Both the position numbers and the translations under genes were made by a program. The notes beneath the pieces were generated by a model. The model did no database searches, was not told the DNA's origin, and worked only from the letters and a program-made list of their open reading frames with translations. From an uncultured Gemmatimonadales bacterium (GTDB lineage Bacteria; Gemmatimonadota; Gemmatimonadetes; Longimicrobiales; RSA9): a stretch of 64,000 nt of DNA. This document shows positions 1-12,381 of this stretch, piece after piece (within the stretch, counting starts at the first letter, position 1; every line of letters starts with the position of its first letter). The stretch spans positions 1,120,001-1,184,000 of the forward strand of contig CAWFKH010000003.1 in NCBI GenBank assembly GCA_963816355.1, read 5' to 3'.

Positions 1-623
1 ATCTTCGCGTCGATCGCGCGGATCTCTCCGCCGGGCGTCGCGATCAGCGGGTTGATCTCGGCGAGCGAGGCGCCGGAATCGACGAAGGCCGCGTAGAGCT
101 GGCGCAGGATGCCGGCGCAGGCACGCTGCTGCGCGAAGTCGTCGTAGAGCGCGGCGCCGAGCCAGTACGCCTGGTGTGGTAGCAGACCGTAGCGCGGATC
201 GACGGCGAGGCGCCGGATCGCTTCCGGCTTCGTCGCGGCGACCTCCTCGATGTCGATGCCTCCCTCGCGGCTGACCATGAAAACCGGCCGCTGGCTCGCG
301 CGGTCCACCACGATCCCCACGTACGCCTCGCTGGCGATCTCCTCCGCCGGCGTGACGAGCACCTTCTCGACCCGCAGCCCCTTGATCTCCATGCCGAGGA
401 TCGCCGCGGCGCGCTCGCGCGCCTGCGCCGCGCCATCGGCCAGCTTCACGCCGCCCGCCTTGCCGCGGCCGCCCGCGTGCACCTGCGCCTTCACCACGAC
501 GCGGCCGCCGAAGCCGGAGGCGATCCGCTCCGCCTCCTCGGGCGTCGCCGCGACCTCTCCCGGCGGCACCGGGATGCCGTGCGCGCGCAGGATCTCCTTC
601 GCCTGGTACTCGTGTATGTTCAT
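1..623 (-). CDS. sucC: Succinyl-CoA synthetase beta subunit (3' end runs off the window)
   Basis: Translated by hand from ATG at 623: MNIHEYQAKEIL...VVVKAQVHAGGRGKAGGVKLA; EINPL motif near the window edge. Confidence 0.95.
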   Translation of the reverse strand, partial: MNIHEYQAKEILRAHGIPVPPGEVAATPEEAERIASGFGGRVVVKAQVHAGGRGKAGGVKLADGAAQARERAAAILGMEIKGLRVEKVLVTPAEEIASEAYVGIVVDRASQRPVFMVSREGGIDIEEVAATKPEAIRRLAVDPRYGLLPHQAYWLGAALYDDFAQQRACAGILRQLYAAFVDSGASLAEINPLIATPGGEIRAIDAK

Positions 624-633
624 CGCTCCGCCT

Positions 634-1623
634 TCATTCGGGTTTCGAGCCGCGTCCGGACGCAGCCGCCTCGCCGGCGGCGATCAGTGTCCCCGCCTCC
701 CCCCTCACCGCCGCGAGACCTCGGTCGAGCCGCGCGATGTGCGCGCGCCGCCCTGGACCGCCGCGGACGAAGTCGATCGCCGCACCCACCTTCGGCGCCA
801 TGCTTCCCTGCCCCAGCTCGCCCGCCGCGAGGAGGCGCGACGCCTCCTCCGGCGTGAGGCGCCGCAGCAACTCCTGCTCCGCAGCGCCGTAGTGGCGGTA
901 GACGCCCTCGACGTTCGTCAGGACGAGCAGCACTTCCGCGCCGAGGTCGCTCGCCAGGACCTGTGCGGCGCGGTCCTTGTCGATGACGGCGTCGACGCCC
1001 TCCAGTCCGAGGAAGGGGTCGTGGCGCACCGGCGTGCCGCCGCCTCCCGCGGCGATGACGATCGTGCCGTGTTCGAGGAGGCGGCGGATCGAGCCGCCCT
1101 CGACGATCGAGATCGGCCGCGGCGAAGGCACGAGCCGCCGCCAGCCACCGGAGGCGGGGCCCACCGCCCAGCCGACCTCGGCCTCCAGCGCGTGCGCCGC
1201 GGCCTCGCTCATCGTGCGTCCGATCGGCTTGATCGGCTCGTGCGTGGCGGGATCCTCCGCGTCGACGAGCACCTGGGTCACGAGCGTGACGACATCGCGC
1301 TTCACGCCTGCGCGGCCGAGCGCGTTTTCGAGCGACTGCTGGATCATGTAGCCGATCCAGCCGGCGGTCGCCGCGACCAGCACGCCGAGCGGCAGCGGCG
1401 GGAGTTCCGCACGCGCGAGCTCGTTGCGCTGCAGCTCGTCGCCGATCTGCGGGCCGTTGCCGTGGACGATGGCGATCCGCCAGCCCGCGGTCGCGAGGGA
1501 GACGATCGGCCCGAGGCTCTCCCGCGTGTGGGCGAACTGCTCGTGGATGTCGCCACGCTCGCCGGGCGGCATGAGCGCGTTGCCGCCGAGCGCGACGACG
1601 ATCGTCGGCGGCGGCCCATCCAC
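634..1623 (-). CDS. arcC: Carbamate kinase
   Basis: IVVALGGNAL, HGNGPQIG, KPIG, RRLVPSP, GVDAVIDKD, GSMAPKV. GTG start at 1623 chosen because the upstream ATGATG falls in a -10 box; ATG 1647 is the alternative. Confidence 0.92.
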   Translation of the reverse strand: MDGPPPTIVVALGGNALMPPGERGDIHEQFAHTRESLGPIVSLATAGWRIAIVHGNGPQIGDELQRNELARAELPPLPLGVLVAATAGWIGYMIQQSLENALGRAGVKRDVVTLVTQVLVDAEDPATHEPIKPIGRTMSEAAAHALEAEVGWAVGPASGGWRRLVPSPRPISIVEGGSIRRLLEHGTIVIAAGGGGTPVRHDPFLGLEGVDAVIDKDRAAQVLASDLGAEVLLVLTNVEGVYRHYGAAEQELLRRLTPEEASRLLAAGELGQGSMAPKVGAAIDFVRGGPGRRAHIARLDRGLAAVRGEAGTLIAAGEAAASGRGSKPE

Positions 1624-1642
1624 CCCCTTTTCGGGCAGCGGC

Positions 1643-1671
1643 ATCATAACCCTGGCCGGGGGTGGTTGCAA
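1643..1671 (-). promoter_or_regulatory. Sigma70-type promoter for arcC-sucC
   Basis: TTGCAA-N17-TATGAT on the minus strand. Confidence 0.7.
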
Positions 1672-1720
1672 GCGACGCGCACCCCCCGGAATGGCGCGTC
1701 GGGACGCGGGATTCCGGCAC

Positions 1721-4459
1721 TCAGCCGGAGGGCGTCGAGGGCGCCGCAGGCGGCGTGTTTCCGAGGTCGCGGAGATAGCCGCGCAGGCGGTTCCACGCCG
1801 TGCCGAAGCCCGCCCAGTCCCCGGTCCGGAGCCGGTCCTCGGCGTCCTTCATCAGCTCGAGCGCACGCGCCGGCCAGTCGAGGCCCGGCGTCAGGCCGGG
1901 AGGCCCGGTTTCCTCCAGCTGCGGCAGGCTCCCCGGCGCGCCTTTGGAGAGCGCCTCCGTCGCCGTCTCCAGAGTCGTGCCGAGCGCCACCGCGCGGCCG
2001 TCGCTCACGACGACGCGACCCAGTATGGGGATCGCGCCCTCCTTCGCGGAGAGGTAGAGCGGAAGTACGTAGAGGAAGCCGCTGTCGACCGGGACGAGTC
2101 TCAGATGGCCCACGTCGACGGTGCTGCCGGCCTGCCGCCACAGGGAAAGCGCCTGCGAGATCTGCGCGTCCTGCTCGATCAGTGCGTGCACCTGCGTCGG
2201 GCCCGGGACCTGCTGGTCGCGCGGCAGCTCGAGCAGCGTCACCTCGCCGTAGTGCGGCGGATCGTTCCGCGCGATCAGCAGCGCCGTCATGTTGTGCCGC
2301 TGCCGCGCGACGAACGGCATCGTCAGCAGGAACTCCGGCTGCGAGTCGCCCGGCATCGGCGCCAGCAGGAAGGTGGGCATGTACGGCCGCGGCACCCCCT
2401 CGGCGCCCGCCTCGTTGGCGACGGCCCAGACGTCCTGACCGGCGAAAAAGTCGGCGGCGCTGTTCAGGTGGTACGCGTCGAGGATGTCGGCCTGGATCTG
2501 GAGCAGCGCGGCCGGATAGCGCAGGTGGCGGCGAAGCGGGAGCGGCATGGAGTCGAGCGGCTGGACGAGCCCGGGGAAGACGCGCTCGAAGGTGCGCAGG
2601 ATCGGGTCGGAGGGATCGATGGCGTAGAGCGACACCGCGCCGGTCACCGCGTCGACCGTCCCCTTCACGCTGTTCCGCAGGTAGCGGACGCGCCCGACGT
2701 TCGGCATGTCCACGGGGTGCGCGAGCGGGAACGTGCCGGACGCGGTGAAGCCGTCCACCACCCACACCAGCCGCCCGCCCGTGAGGACGGGGTAGGGATC
2801 CGTGTCCCAGATCACCCAGCGGGCGACCTCGCTCAGGCGCCGCCGCACGATGCGGTGGAACACGATCCGGCTGGAGCGGCTGATCTCGCTGGAGAAGAGC
2901 AGGTTCTTCTCGCCGAATCGCAGCGCAAACGCCGCCAGGCGCGGCAGAGAGCCGAGGCGCACGCCACGCGGATAGTCCCGCCCCGGAACGCCGGTGAACG
3001 CGCTGTCGCGGCCCGGAACGACCACGGCGTACTCACCCATGCTCTGTCCGAAGAAGACGCTCGCGTTGCGGATCTCGACGTCCGGCGGCGCCTCCGGGCT
3101 GCGCCGGATCGGATTGATGTTCTCGATCCAGTAGACCGGCTCGCCCTGCGCCGAACCTTCGTCGGCCGGCGTGAGCACCGCGCCGCGGCCGCGGATGAAC
3201 TGGGGGTTGAGGTGCAGCGTCTGCCACGTACGCGTCGCCGGCGGCAGCGGGCTCGGCTCGAACTCCCGGGCGGAGATGCCCACCTGCCGCTCTCCGCCGG
3301 GAGGACCGTAGCGGTCGAAATCGACATCCGGGAAGTGGTAGTACGTGTAGATCGGCTGGGCCTGGTTGAAATTCGTCTTCAGCGGCTCCAGGTCCCACAC
3401 GGAGACGCGCTCGATGCGGCGCTTCATGCGAGACCACTCCGGCAACGAGCTCGACACGTACGCGAAGCGCTCGCGCTTCAGACGGTCGAGGCCGTACGCT
3501 CGCCGCGTGAAGTCGATGTTCGAACGGATGTAGGGCGTTTCGCGCGCGAGCTGGTTCGGCTCCACCGTGAAGCGCTGGACGATCCCCGGATACACCTGCT
3601 CGAGCACGAAGCCGCCCACGGCGAGCGTCGCGAGCGCCGCGAGCGCCGGCACCCAGCGGCTCCGCCACCCGGCGTAGGCGACCGCGAGCGCGGCGGCGGC
3701 GGTGAGGACGGCCACGGCAGTCGCCGCGGGGAGGCGCGCCTGCACGTCGGTGAAGCCCACCCCATCCGCGTCGGCCAGCAGGATCTCGTAGCGGCCGAGC
3801 CAGGCGCGCGCGGCGATCGCGAGCAGGATCAGCGCGGCGAGCGCGATGAGATGAACGCGCGCCTGAGGGGTGACCTGCAGGCGACGCTCCTCCCAGCGAA
3901 GCATGCCGAGCAGCCCGTAGCCGACGGCGACCAGCGCCAGACTCCACAGCAGCGCGAGCAGCAGGAACGCCGTGAAGTGCTGATACGTGGGCAGGCTGAA
4001 GACGTAGAAGGCGAGATCGTGGTGGAAGATGGGATCGGTCGTCCCCCACGGCACGCGCCGCAGCCAGGCGAGCACGGAGATCCCTGCTTCGCCGCCGAAC
4101 TCGAGCGCCGCGAGCCACCAGCCGGCGAGCACCGACGCGAGCACGACGAGCAGCACGAGATAGGAGCGCGGGACCTGCTCCGAGATCTCGAGGTTGCCGT
4201 AGCGCCGACGCAGCTGGACCGCCCCCATCCGCCGCACCACCGTCGCCAGGTTGGCCAGCACGATCCCGCCGCCCACGAGCATCGCCACCAGGCGCACCAC
4301 GGCGGCCGCTCCGAGGCGCTTCCAGAAGACGGAAACGTACCCGGCCGACGCGTACCAGAGCCCGTCCGTGTAGAGCAGAACGGCCGCGCGGCTGCCGATC
4401 AGCAGCGCGATCAGCGCGGCTGCCGCCAGCAGCAGGATGCGACGTCGCCGTGTCCGCAT
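1721..4459 (-). CDS. UPF0182 family membrane protein
   Basis: 912 aa; multi-TM N-terminus, TDPIFHHDLAFYVFSLP, VEPNQLARETPYI, DPYPV, YLRNSVK, RHLRYP. Confidence 0.9.
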   Translation of the reverse strand: MRTRRRRILLLAAAALIALLIGSRAAVLLYTDGLWYASAGYVSVFWKRLGAAAVVRLVAMLVGGGIVLANLATVVRRMGAVQLRRRYGNLEISEQVPRSYLVLLVVLASVLAGWWLAALEFGGEAGISVLAWLRRVPWGTTDPIFHHDLAFYVFSLPTYQHFTAFLLLALLWSLALVAVGYGLLGMLRWEERRLQVTPQARVHLIALAALILLAIAARAWLGRYEILLADADGVGFTDVQARLPAATAVAVLTAAAALAVAYAGWRSRWVPALAALATLAVGGFVLEQVYPGIVQRFTVEPNQLARETPYIRSNIDFTRRAYGLDRLKRERFAYVSSSLPEWSRMKRRIERVSVWDLEPLKTNFNQAQPIYTYYHFPDVDFDRYGPPGGERQVGISAREFEPSPLPPATRTWQTLHLNPQFIRGRGAVLTPADEGSAQGEPVYWIENINPIRRSPEAPPDVEIRNASVFFGQSMGEYAVVVPGRDSAFTGVPGRDYPRGVRLGSLPRLAAFALRFGEKNLLFSSEISRSSRIVFHRIVRRRLSEVARWVIWDTDPYPVLTGGRLVWVVDGFTASGTFPLAHPVDMPNVGRVRYLRNSVKGTVDAVTGAVSLYAIDPSDPILRTFERVFPGLVQPLDSMPLPLRRHLRYPAALLQIQADILDAYHLNSAADFFAGQDVWAVANEAGAEGVPRPYMPTFLLAPMPGDSQPEFLLTMPFVARQRHNMTALLIARNDPPHYGEVTLLELPRDQQVPGPTQVHALIEQDAQISQALSLWRQAGSTVDVGHLRLVPVDSGFLYVLPLYLSAKEGAIPILGRVVVSDGRAVALGTTLETATEALSKGAPGSLPQLEETGPPGLTPGLDWPARALELMKDAEDRLRTGDWAGFGTAWNRLRGYLRDLGNTPPAAPSTPSG

Positions 4460-4460
4460 C

Positions 4461-5828
4461 CTACACCTCGACCCCCTGCCCTCGCAGCCAACCCTCCATC
4501 TCGGCGCGGATGGCGGCGAGCCGCTCCTCGTCGCGCGCCTCGAAGCGGAGCACGAGAACCGGCTGCGTGTTCGACGCCCGCAGCAACCCCCAGCCGCCGT
4601 CGAAGAGCACGCGCGCGCCATCGACGTCGATCACGTCGTGGTCGCGGCGAAACGCCTCCGCCGCCCGCTCGACGATCGACCACTTCCGCTCCTCGTCCAC
4701 CTCCACGCGGATCTCCGGCGTCGAGACGTAGTGCGGAAAGCGGTCGACCAGCGCGGAGAACGGACGCTCGGCGCGCGCCAGCAGGTCGATCAGCCGGCAC
4801 GCGGCGTACGGCGCGTCGTCGAAGCCGTAGAAGTCGTCGGCGATGCAGATGTGGCCCGAAAGCTCGCCCGCGATCGGGGCGCCCACCTCCTTCATCTTCT
4901 TCTTGATGAGCGAATGCCCCGTCTTCCACAGGATCGGCTCACCGCCCGCCGCGGAGAAGACCTCCGGCACCGCCTGCGAGCACTTCACGTCGAAGACCAT
5001 CTTCTGCCCGGGACCGCGCCGCTCGAGGATGTCCAGGCCGAGGAGCAGGAGCAGCAGGTCGCCGCGGACGACGTCGCCGTTCTCGTCCACCGCGCCGATG
5101 CGGTCCGCGTCGCCGTCGAACGCGACGCCAAGGTCCGCGCCCTCCGCCCGCACCGTGCGCACGAGGTCGACCAGGTTCGCGTCGACCGTGGGGTCGGGAT
5201 GGTGGTTCGGGAAGGTGCCGTCGGAGTCGCAGTAGAGCGGTGTCACGCTGGCGCCGATCCCCTCCAGCAGCGCCATCGCCACCAGGCTGCCGGTCCCGTT
5301 GCCGCAGTCGACCACCACCTTCATCGGCCGCGCCAGATCGAAGCGGCCGATCACGTCCGCGATGTAGTCGTCCAGCGGCTCCCACCGCTCCCGCACGCCC
5401 TCGCCCGACGCGAAATCCTCCGCCTCGATGCGACGGCGCATCCGCTGGATGTCGTCGCCGTACAGCGTGCGCGCGCCGCACGTCATCTTGAAGCCGTTGT
5501 ACTCCGGCGGATTGTGGGAGCCGGTGACCTGCAGACCGCCGTCGGCGCCGTAGTGCACCGTCGCGTAGTAGAGCACGGGCGTGGGCACCGTCCCGACGTC
5601 GATCACGTCGACGCCCGCAGCGCGGATGCCGGCGATCACGCCCGCCGCCAGGGCCGGCGAGCTGGGTCGGTTGTCGTGGCCGACGACCACGCGCCGCTGG
5701 CGCTCCGTCCCCGGTTCGGCTCGAACCTCGCTCCCGTAGGCGCGCCCGATCGCCACCGGCACGTCACCGGTGAGATCGCGCTCGACCACGCCGCGGATGT
5801 CGTATTCCCGGAAGATGTGCTCGTTCAC
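4461..5828 (-). CDS. Phosphomannomutase/phosphoglucomutase
   Basis: IFREYDIRG, TGSHNP phospho-Ser loop, FDGDADR metal loop, GELSGH, RASNT. Confidence 0.93.
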   Translation of the reverse strand: MNEHIFREYDIRGVVERDLTGDVPVAIGRAYGSEVRAEPGTERQRRVVVGHDNRPSSPALAAGVIAGIRAAGVDVIDVGTVPTPVLYYATVHYGADGGLQVTGSHNPPEYNGFKMTCGARTLYGDDIQRMRRRIEAEDFASGEGVRERWEPLDDYIADVIGRFDLARPMKVVVDCGNGTGSLVAMALLEGIGASVTPLYCDSDGTFPNHHPDPTVDANLVDLVRTVRAEGADLGVAFDGDADRIGAVDENGDVVRGDLLLLLLGLDILERRGPGQKMVFDVKCSQAVPEVFSAAGGEPILWKTGHSLIKKKMKEVGAPIAGELSGHICIADDFYGFDDAPYAACRLIDLLARAERPFSALVDRFPHYVSTPEIRVEVDEERKWSIVERAAEAFRRDHDVIDVDGARVLFDGGWGLLRASNTQPVLVLRFEARDEERLAAIRAEMEGWLRGQGVEV

Positions 5829-5881
5829 CGTGCCGCCCTCGTTCTCTCAGCGATGATTGGGTGCGCCGCGGCGCTGCGGCC

Positions 5882-7390
5882 TCAGCGCGCCAGGCCGGCG
5901 AGCGAGGCCGATCCGTGCACCAGCGCGAGTGCGCTGCGCTCCGCGGCGCCCAGCAGCACGCCGGGGAAGAGGCCGAGGAAGACGACGCCGACGACCGCGA
6001 TGGCGAGCGCGACCTGCAGCGCGGGCGCCACTTGCAGCCGCTCCTGCGCGACGGCGGTCGCCTCGCGGAACCACATGTACCACGCCACGCGAAGGTAGTA
6101 CCAGTACGACACGAGCGAAGCGACGACGAGGATGATGGAGAGCGCGACGAAGCCCTTGTCGAGCGCGGCGCGGAGGATGAACACCTTGCCGATGAAGCCG
6201 CCCGTGAAGGGGAACCCGGCCAGGGAGAGGAGGAAGATCGTCATGACGACGCCGACGAACGGCTGGCGCCAGCCGAGGCCGGTGTACGACTCGAGGTCCA
6301 GATCGCGCTCGTCCTCGCCCGCGACGACGAGCAGCACCGCGAACGCGCCGATCGTCATCAGCGTGTAGACGACGAGGTAGAAGAGGAACGCCGCACCCCC
6401 GATCGTGCTCGCCGTCGCCACCGCGACGAGCAGGTAGCCGGCGTGCGCCACGCTCGAGTAGGCGAGCATGCGCTTCACGTTCGTCTCCGCCAGCGCGGTC
6501 AGGTTGGCGACGACCATCGTCGCGACCGCCAACCACACGACCACGACGCTCCACGTCGGATAGAGGCCCGGGAAGCCGAGCAGAAAGACGCGGATCATCG
6601 CCGCGAACGCCGCCGCCTTCACCGCCGCCGCCATGTAACCGGTGATCGGCGCGGGCGCGCCCTCGTACGCATCGGGCGTCCACATGTGGAACGGCACCGC
6701 CGCGACCTTGAAGGCGAAGCCGACGACGAGCAGCCCCATTCCGCTCAGCACGAGTGGACCCGCACCGGCACCGTCCGGCCCGGTCGCCGCCGCGATGCGC
6801 GCCAGGTTGACCGAGCCCGCGCCGCCGTAGACGAGCGCGATGCCGAAGACGAAGAACGCGCTCGAGAACGCGCCGAGGAGGAAGTACTTGAGGGCCGCCT
6901 CGGCGGAGCGCCCGTCGCGCCGGTTCGCCCCCGTCAGGACGTAGACCGCGACCGAGAGCAGCTCCAGGCCGAGGAACGTGACCATCAGGTCCTGCGACCC
7001 CGCGAAGATCATCATGCCGACGGTGCCGAAGAGCACCAGCGCGTAGATCTCGCCGAGGCTCATCCGCTCCGTCTCGAGGTAGCGCTTCCCGATCAGCACG
7101 AAGAGGCCGGCGGCGAGGAGGAACAGGTCGTTCGTGAAGATGCGGAAGCCGTCCAGCGCGATCATGCCGTAGGGCGTCGCCGGGCGCACGCGGACGAGCC
7201 ACGCGTTGGCCACGGCGGCCCCGACCACGCCGGCCAGCGAGAGCCACGCCACGACCGGCCGCGAGGGCTCGCTCCGATCTCCCTTCTGGAAGACGTCGAC
7301 GAGGAGCACCAGCATCGCGGCGAACGACAGCACGATCTCGGGCAGCAGCGCGAGAAGGTAGTTCACCTGGTTCGCCAGATCGATGACCAT
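5882..7390 (-). CDS. nuoN: NADH-quinone oxidoreductase subunit N
   Basis: EAALKYFLLGA, FKVAAVPFHMWTPDAYEGAP, KRMLAYSS. Confidence 0.95.
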   Translation of the reverse strand: MVIDLANQVNYLLALLPEIVLSFAAMLVLLVDVFQKGDRSEPSRPVVAWLSLAGVVGAAVANAWLVRVRPATPYGMIALDGFRIFTNDLFLLAAGLFVLIGKRYLETERMSLGEIYALVLFGTVGMMIFAGSQDLMVTFLGLELLSVAVYVLTGANRRDGRSAEAALKYFLLGAFSSAFFVFGIALVYGGAGSVNLARIAAATGPDGAGAGPLVLSGMGLLVVGFAFKVAAVPFHMWTPDAYEGAPAPITGYMAAAVKAAAFAAMIRVFLLGFPGLYPTWSVVVVWLAVATMVVANLTALAETNVKRMLAYSSVAHAGYLLVAVATASTIGGAAFLFYLVVYTLMTIGAFAVLLVVAGEDERDLDLESYTGLGWRQPFVGVVMTIFLLSLAGFPFTGGFIGKVFILRAALDKGFVALSIILVVASLVSYWYYLRVAWYMWFREATAVAQERLQVAPALQVALAIAVVGVVFLGLFPGVLLGAAERSALALVHGSASLAGLAR

Positions 7391-7416
7391 TTCGCTCGTT
7401 CGCGTGGGTGCGTGTC

Positions 7417-7458
7417 GCTATTCGCCCGCCGTCATTCGGCGTGCGTCATTCGCCGTGC
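7417..7458 (-). repeat. Three tandem imperfect 14-nt units at the nuoM stop
   Basis: + strand GCTATTCGCCCGCC / GTCATTCGGCGTGC / GTCATTCGCCGTGC; each carries a minus-strand stop codon. Confidence 0.7.
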
Positions 7459-9017
7459 GCCCGCATCGGCGCCCGCACCACCTCGGCCATGCTCGGAGGC
7501 GCGGCCAGCCGGTTCGCCTCCACGTCGGCGATCAACTGCGTCACGGTGGCGTCCATGCGGTCCAGCACCGGCTTCGGATAGACGCCGAGCCACACCATCC
7601 CGGCGAGAAGGGGGACGAGGATCACCGCCTCGCGCGCGCTCAGGTCGCGCAGCCCTTCGTTCTCCGGCCTCTCGAGCCGGTTGAAGAGGATCTTCTGCAC
7701 CATCGGCAGCATGTAATACGCGGCGAAGATCACACCGCTCGTGGCGAGGGTCGCCACCCACGGATGCGTCTCGAACGTGCCGAGCAGCGAGAGGAACTCG
7801 CCCACGAACCCGCTCAGCCCGGGCAGCCCGATGCTCGCCAGCGCCGTCACTACGAACGCCGTCGCGAAGTACGGCATCACCCCCGCCAGCCCACCGAACT
7901 GCGCGATCTCGCGCGTGTGCCGGCGCTCGTAGAGCATGCCGAGCAGCAGGAACATCGCCCCGGTCGACAGACCGTGCGACAGCATCACCATCATGCCGCC
8001 TTCGAGGCCGTTGAGCGTGAGCGCGAAGATCCCGAGCACGATGAAGCCCATGTGCGCGACCGACGTGTAGGCGATCAGCTTCTTCGCGTCCGACTGCACC
8101 GCCGCGACCCAGGCCGTGTAGACGATGCCGAACAGCCCCAGCACCATCAGCGTCGCGACGATCGCCGGCTGGGTCGAGGCGGCCGGGAAGAACGGCAGCA
8201 GGAAGCGCAGGTAGCCGTAGGTCCCCAGTTTCAACAGCACCGCCGCCAGCACCACGGAGCCGGGCGTCGGCGCCTCCACGTGCGCGTCCGGCAGCCACGT
8301 ATGCAGCGGGAAGAGCGGCACCTTGATCGAGAAGGCGAGGCCGAAGGCGAGGAACAGCCAGAACTGCTCGCGGAACCCGAGCGGTACCTGCAACAGGTCC
8401 GCGTAAGCAAAAGAGAAATCGCCTGTTAGCGTGCGATACTTGAAGTAGAGGTAGAGGATCGCCACCAGCATCAGCAGCGAGCCCGCCGCGGTGTAGAGGA
8501 AGAACTTGATCGCCGCGTATATGCGGCGCTCCCCACCCCAGATCCCGATGATGAAGTACATCGGGATCAGCATGATCTCCCAGAACAGATAGAACTGGAA
8601 GAGGTCGAGCGAGACGAAGGCGCCGACGACGCCCGTCTCGAGCAGCAGCATCATGGCGTAGAACGCCTTCTCGCGCCGCTTGATGTAGGTGAAGGAGCCG
8701 AGGATGGCGAGCGGCGAGATGAAGGTGGTCAACAGCAGCAGGAGCAGACTGATGCCATCGAGGCCGACGCGGTAGAAGATCCCCCAGTCTGGGATCCAGG
8801 GGATCGTCGTCTGGAACTGGAACGCGGCGCTCGCGGTGTTGAAGCTGAACCAGAGCGGCACGGCCGCGGCGAACTCGATCGCGGCGGCGCCGAACGCGAG
8901 CGCCTTCGCGGCGCGCTCGGGCGCGGCGAGCACGAACGCCATGCCGACGAGGGGGAACCAGATCAGGAAGTCGAGCGCCAGGCTCGAGTAGGCGAAACCG
9001 TTCGTCACGGGAGTCAT
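7446..9017 (-). CDS. nuoM: NADH-quinone oxidoreductase subunit M
   Basis: FYLFWE, YAAIKFFLYT, KVPLFPLHTWLPDAHVEAPT. Confidence 0.96.
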   Translation of the reverse strand: MTPVTNGFAYSSLALDFLIWFPLVGMAFVLAAPERAAKALAFGAAAIEFAAAVPLWFSFNTASAAFQFQTTIPWIPDWGIFYRVGLDGISLLLLLLTTFISPLAILGSFTYIKRREKAFYAMMLLLETGVVGAFVSLDLFQFYLFWEIMLIPMYFIIGIWGGERRIYAAIKFFLYTAAGSLLMLVAILYLYFKYRTLTGDFSFAYADLLQVPLGFREQFWLFLAFGLAFSIKVPLFPLHTWLPDAHVEAPTPGSVVLAAVLLKLGTYGYLRFLLPFFPAASTQPAIVATLMVLGLFGIVYTAWVAAVQSDAKKLIAYTSVAHMGFIVLGIFALTLNGLEGGMMVMLSHGLSTGAMFLLLGMLYERRHTREIAQFGGLAGVMPYFATAFVVTALASIGLPGLSGFVGEFLSLLGTFETHPWVATLATSGVIFAAYYMLPMVQKILFNRLERPENEGLRDLSAREAVILVPLLAGMVWLGVYPKPVLDRMDATVTQLIADVEANRLAAPPSMAEVVRAPMRAHGE

Positions 9018-9024
9018 GATCGCC

Positions 9025-11057
<2,033 letters not shown>

Positions 11058-11064
<7 letters not shown>

Positions 11065-11351
11065 CGCAGGAGGTTGAATTCCTTGCTGTCGACCGTCTCC
11101 GTGAGGCGGAAGAGCGAGATCACGATGGCGAGCCCGACCGCCGCTTCCGCCGCCGCCACCGCCATGACGAAGAAGACGTAGATCTGGCCCTCGATGCCGA
11201 CCGCGCGCGACAGCGCGACGAACGCCAGGTTCGCCGCGTTGAGCATCAGCTCGACGCACATGAACATGATGATCGCGTTGCGCCGGATCACGACGCCGAA
11301 GATGCCGATCGCGAAGAGCAGCCCCGCTAGGAAGAGCGACCAGGTAATCAC
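11058..11351 (-). CDS. nuoK: NADH-quinone oxidoreductase subunit K
   Basis: [28 protein letters not shown]. Confidence 0.96.
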
Positions 11352-11352
11352 G

Positions 11353-11862
11353 TCACACCCTCCGTTTCGCGAGGAGAACGGCGCCGACCACGGCGACGAG
11401 GAGGAGGACGGACGTGATCTCGAACGGCAGCGTGTAGGCGCGGAAGAGCGGCAGCGCGATCGCGCCGACGGCGTTGTCGCTGCGCACCGCCGCGTCGACC
11501 AGTTGCGCGCCCCGGTCGGCCAGCGGAGCGCCCTCGAAGAAGGTGCGCGAGAAGAGGTAACCGATCACCCCCGCGGCAAGGAACGACAGCACGATCCACG
11601 CGCCCTTGCGGAAATCGGCCTGGTAGTCGTGGCCGAGGTTCAGCAGCATGATCACGAAGAGGAACAACACCATGATCGCGCCGGCGTAGAGGATCACCTG
11701 GATCGCGCCGATGAACTGCGCGCCCAGCAGGATATAGATCGCCGACAGCGAGAAGAAGGTGAGCACGAGGAAGAGCAGGCTCGCCACCGGATTCCTGCCG
11801 AGCACCATGCCGAGGGCGCCACCGACCGCCAGCGAGGCGAAGATCCACCAGAAGATCGTCAT
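11353..11862 (-). CDS. nuoJ: NADH-quinone oxidoreductase subunit J
   Basis: [30 protein letters not shown]. Confidence 0.95.
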   Translation of the reverse strand: MTIFWWIFASLAVGGALGMVLGRNPVASLLFLVLTFFSLSAIYILLGAQFIGAIQVILYAGAIMVLFLFVIMLLNLGHDYQADFRKGAWIVLSFLAAGVIGYLFSRTFFEGAPLADRGAQLVDAAVRSDNAVGAIALPLFRAYTLPFEITSVLLLVAVVGAVLLAKRRV

Positions 11863-12356
11863 TCGCCCCTCGGGTCTTCCGGATCCCAGAGGCTCGACAC
11901 CGGGTGGTCCTGCGCCATCAGACGGTCCAGGTCGTAGACGAAGCGCTCGCGCGTGTACTCGGCGTTTTCGTAGTCCACGCCCACGTGGATCGCCTCGACG
12001 GGGCACACCTCCTGGCACATGCCGCAGAAGATGCAGCGGAACTCGTCGATCTCGTACACGATGGGGTAGCGGTTCCCCTGGTCGTCCTCGCCGGGCACGA
12101 GCCGGATGCAGTTCGCCGGACAGATCGTCGGACACAGTCCGCAGGCCACGCACTTCGGGCGACCGTCCGCGTGCACCGCCATCCGATGCGTGCCGCGCCA
12201 GCGCGTCGACATCTCCGGCTTCACGTCCGGGTACTCGAGCGTTCGCTTCTGCGGATCGACCAGGTGACGGAACGTGAGCGCCATACCCTTCAGCGTGGCG
12301 CGCAGATACGACGTCCCGCTCTCCGGCCGCCGCACCGTCTTGATGCCTATCGCCAT
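11859..12356 (-). CDS. nuoI: NADH-quinone oxidoreductase subunit I
   Basis: Two CxxCxxCxxxCP motifs (CVACGLCPTICP, CIFCGMCQEVCP). Confidence 0.96.
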   Translation of the reverse strand: MAIGIKTVRRPESGTSYLRATLKGMALTFRHLVDPQKRTLEYPDVKPEMSTRWRGTHRMAVHADGRPKCVACGLCPTICPANCIRLVPGEDDQGNRYPIVYEIDEFRCIFCGMCQEVCPVEAIHVGVDYENAEYTRERFVYDLDRLMAQDHPVSSLWDPEDPRGE

Positions 12357-12381
12357 GAAGACCTCCCACCGACGACGCTCG

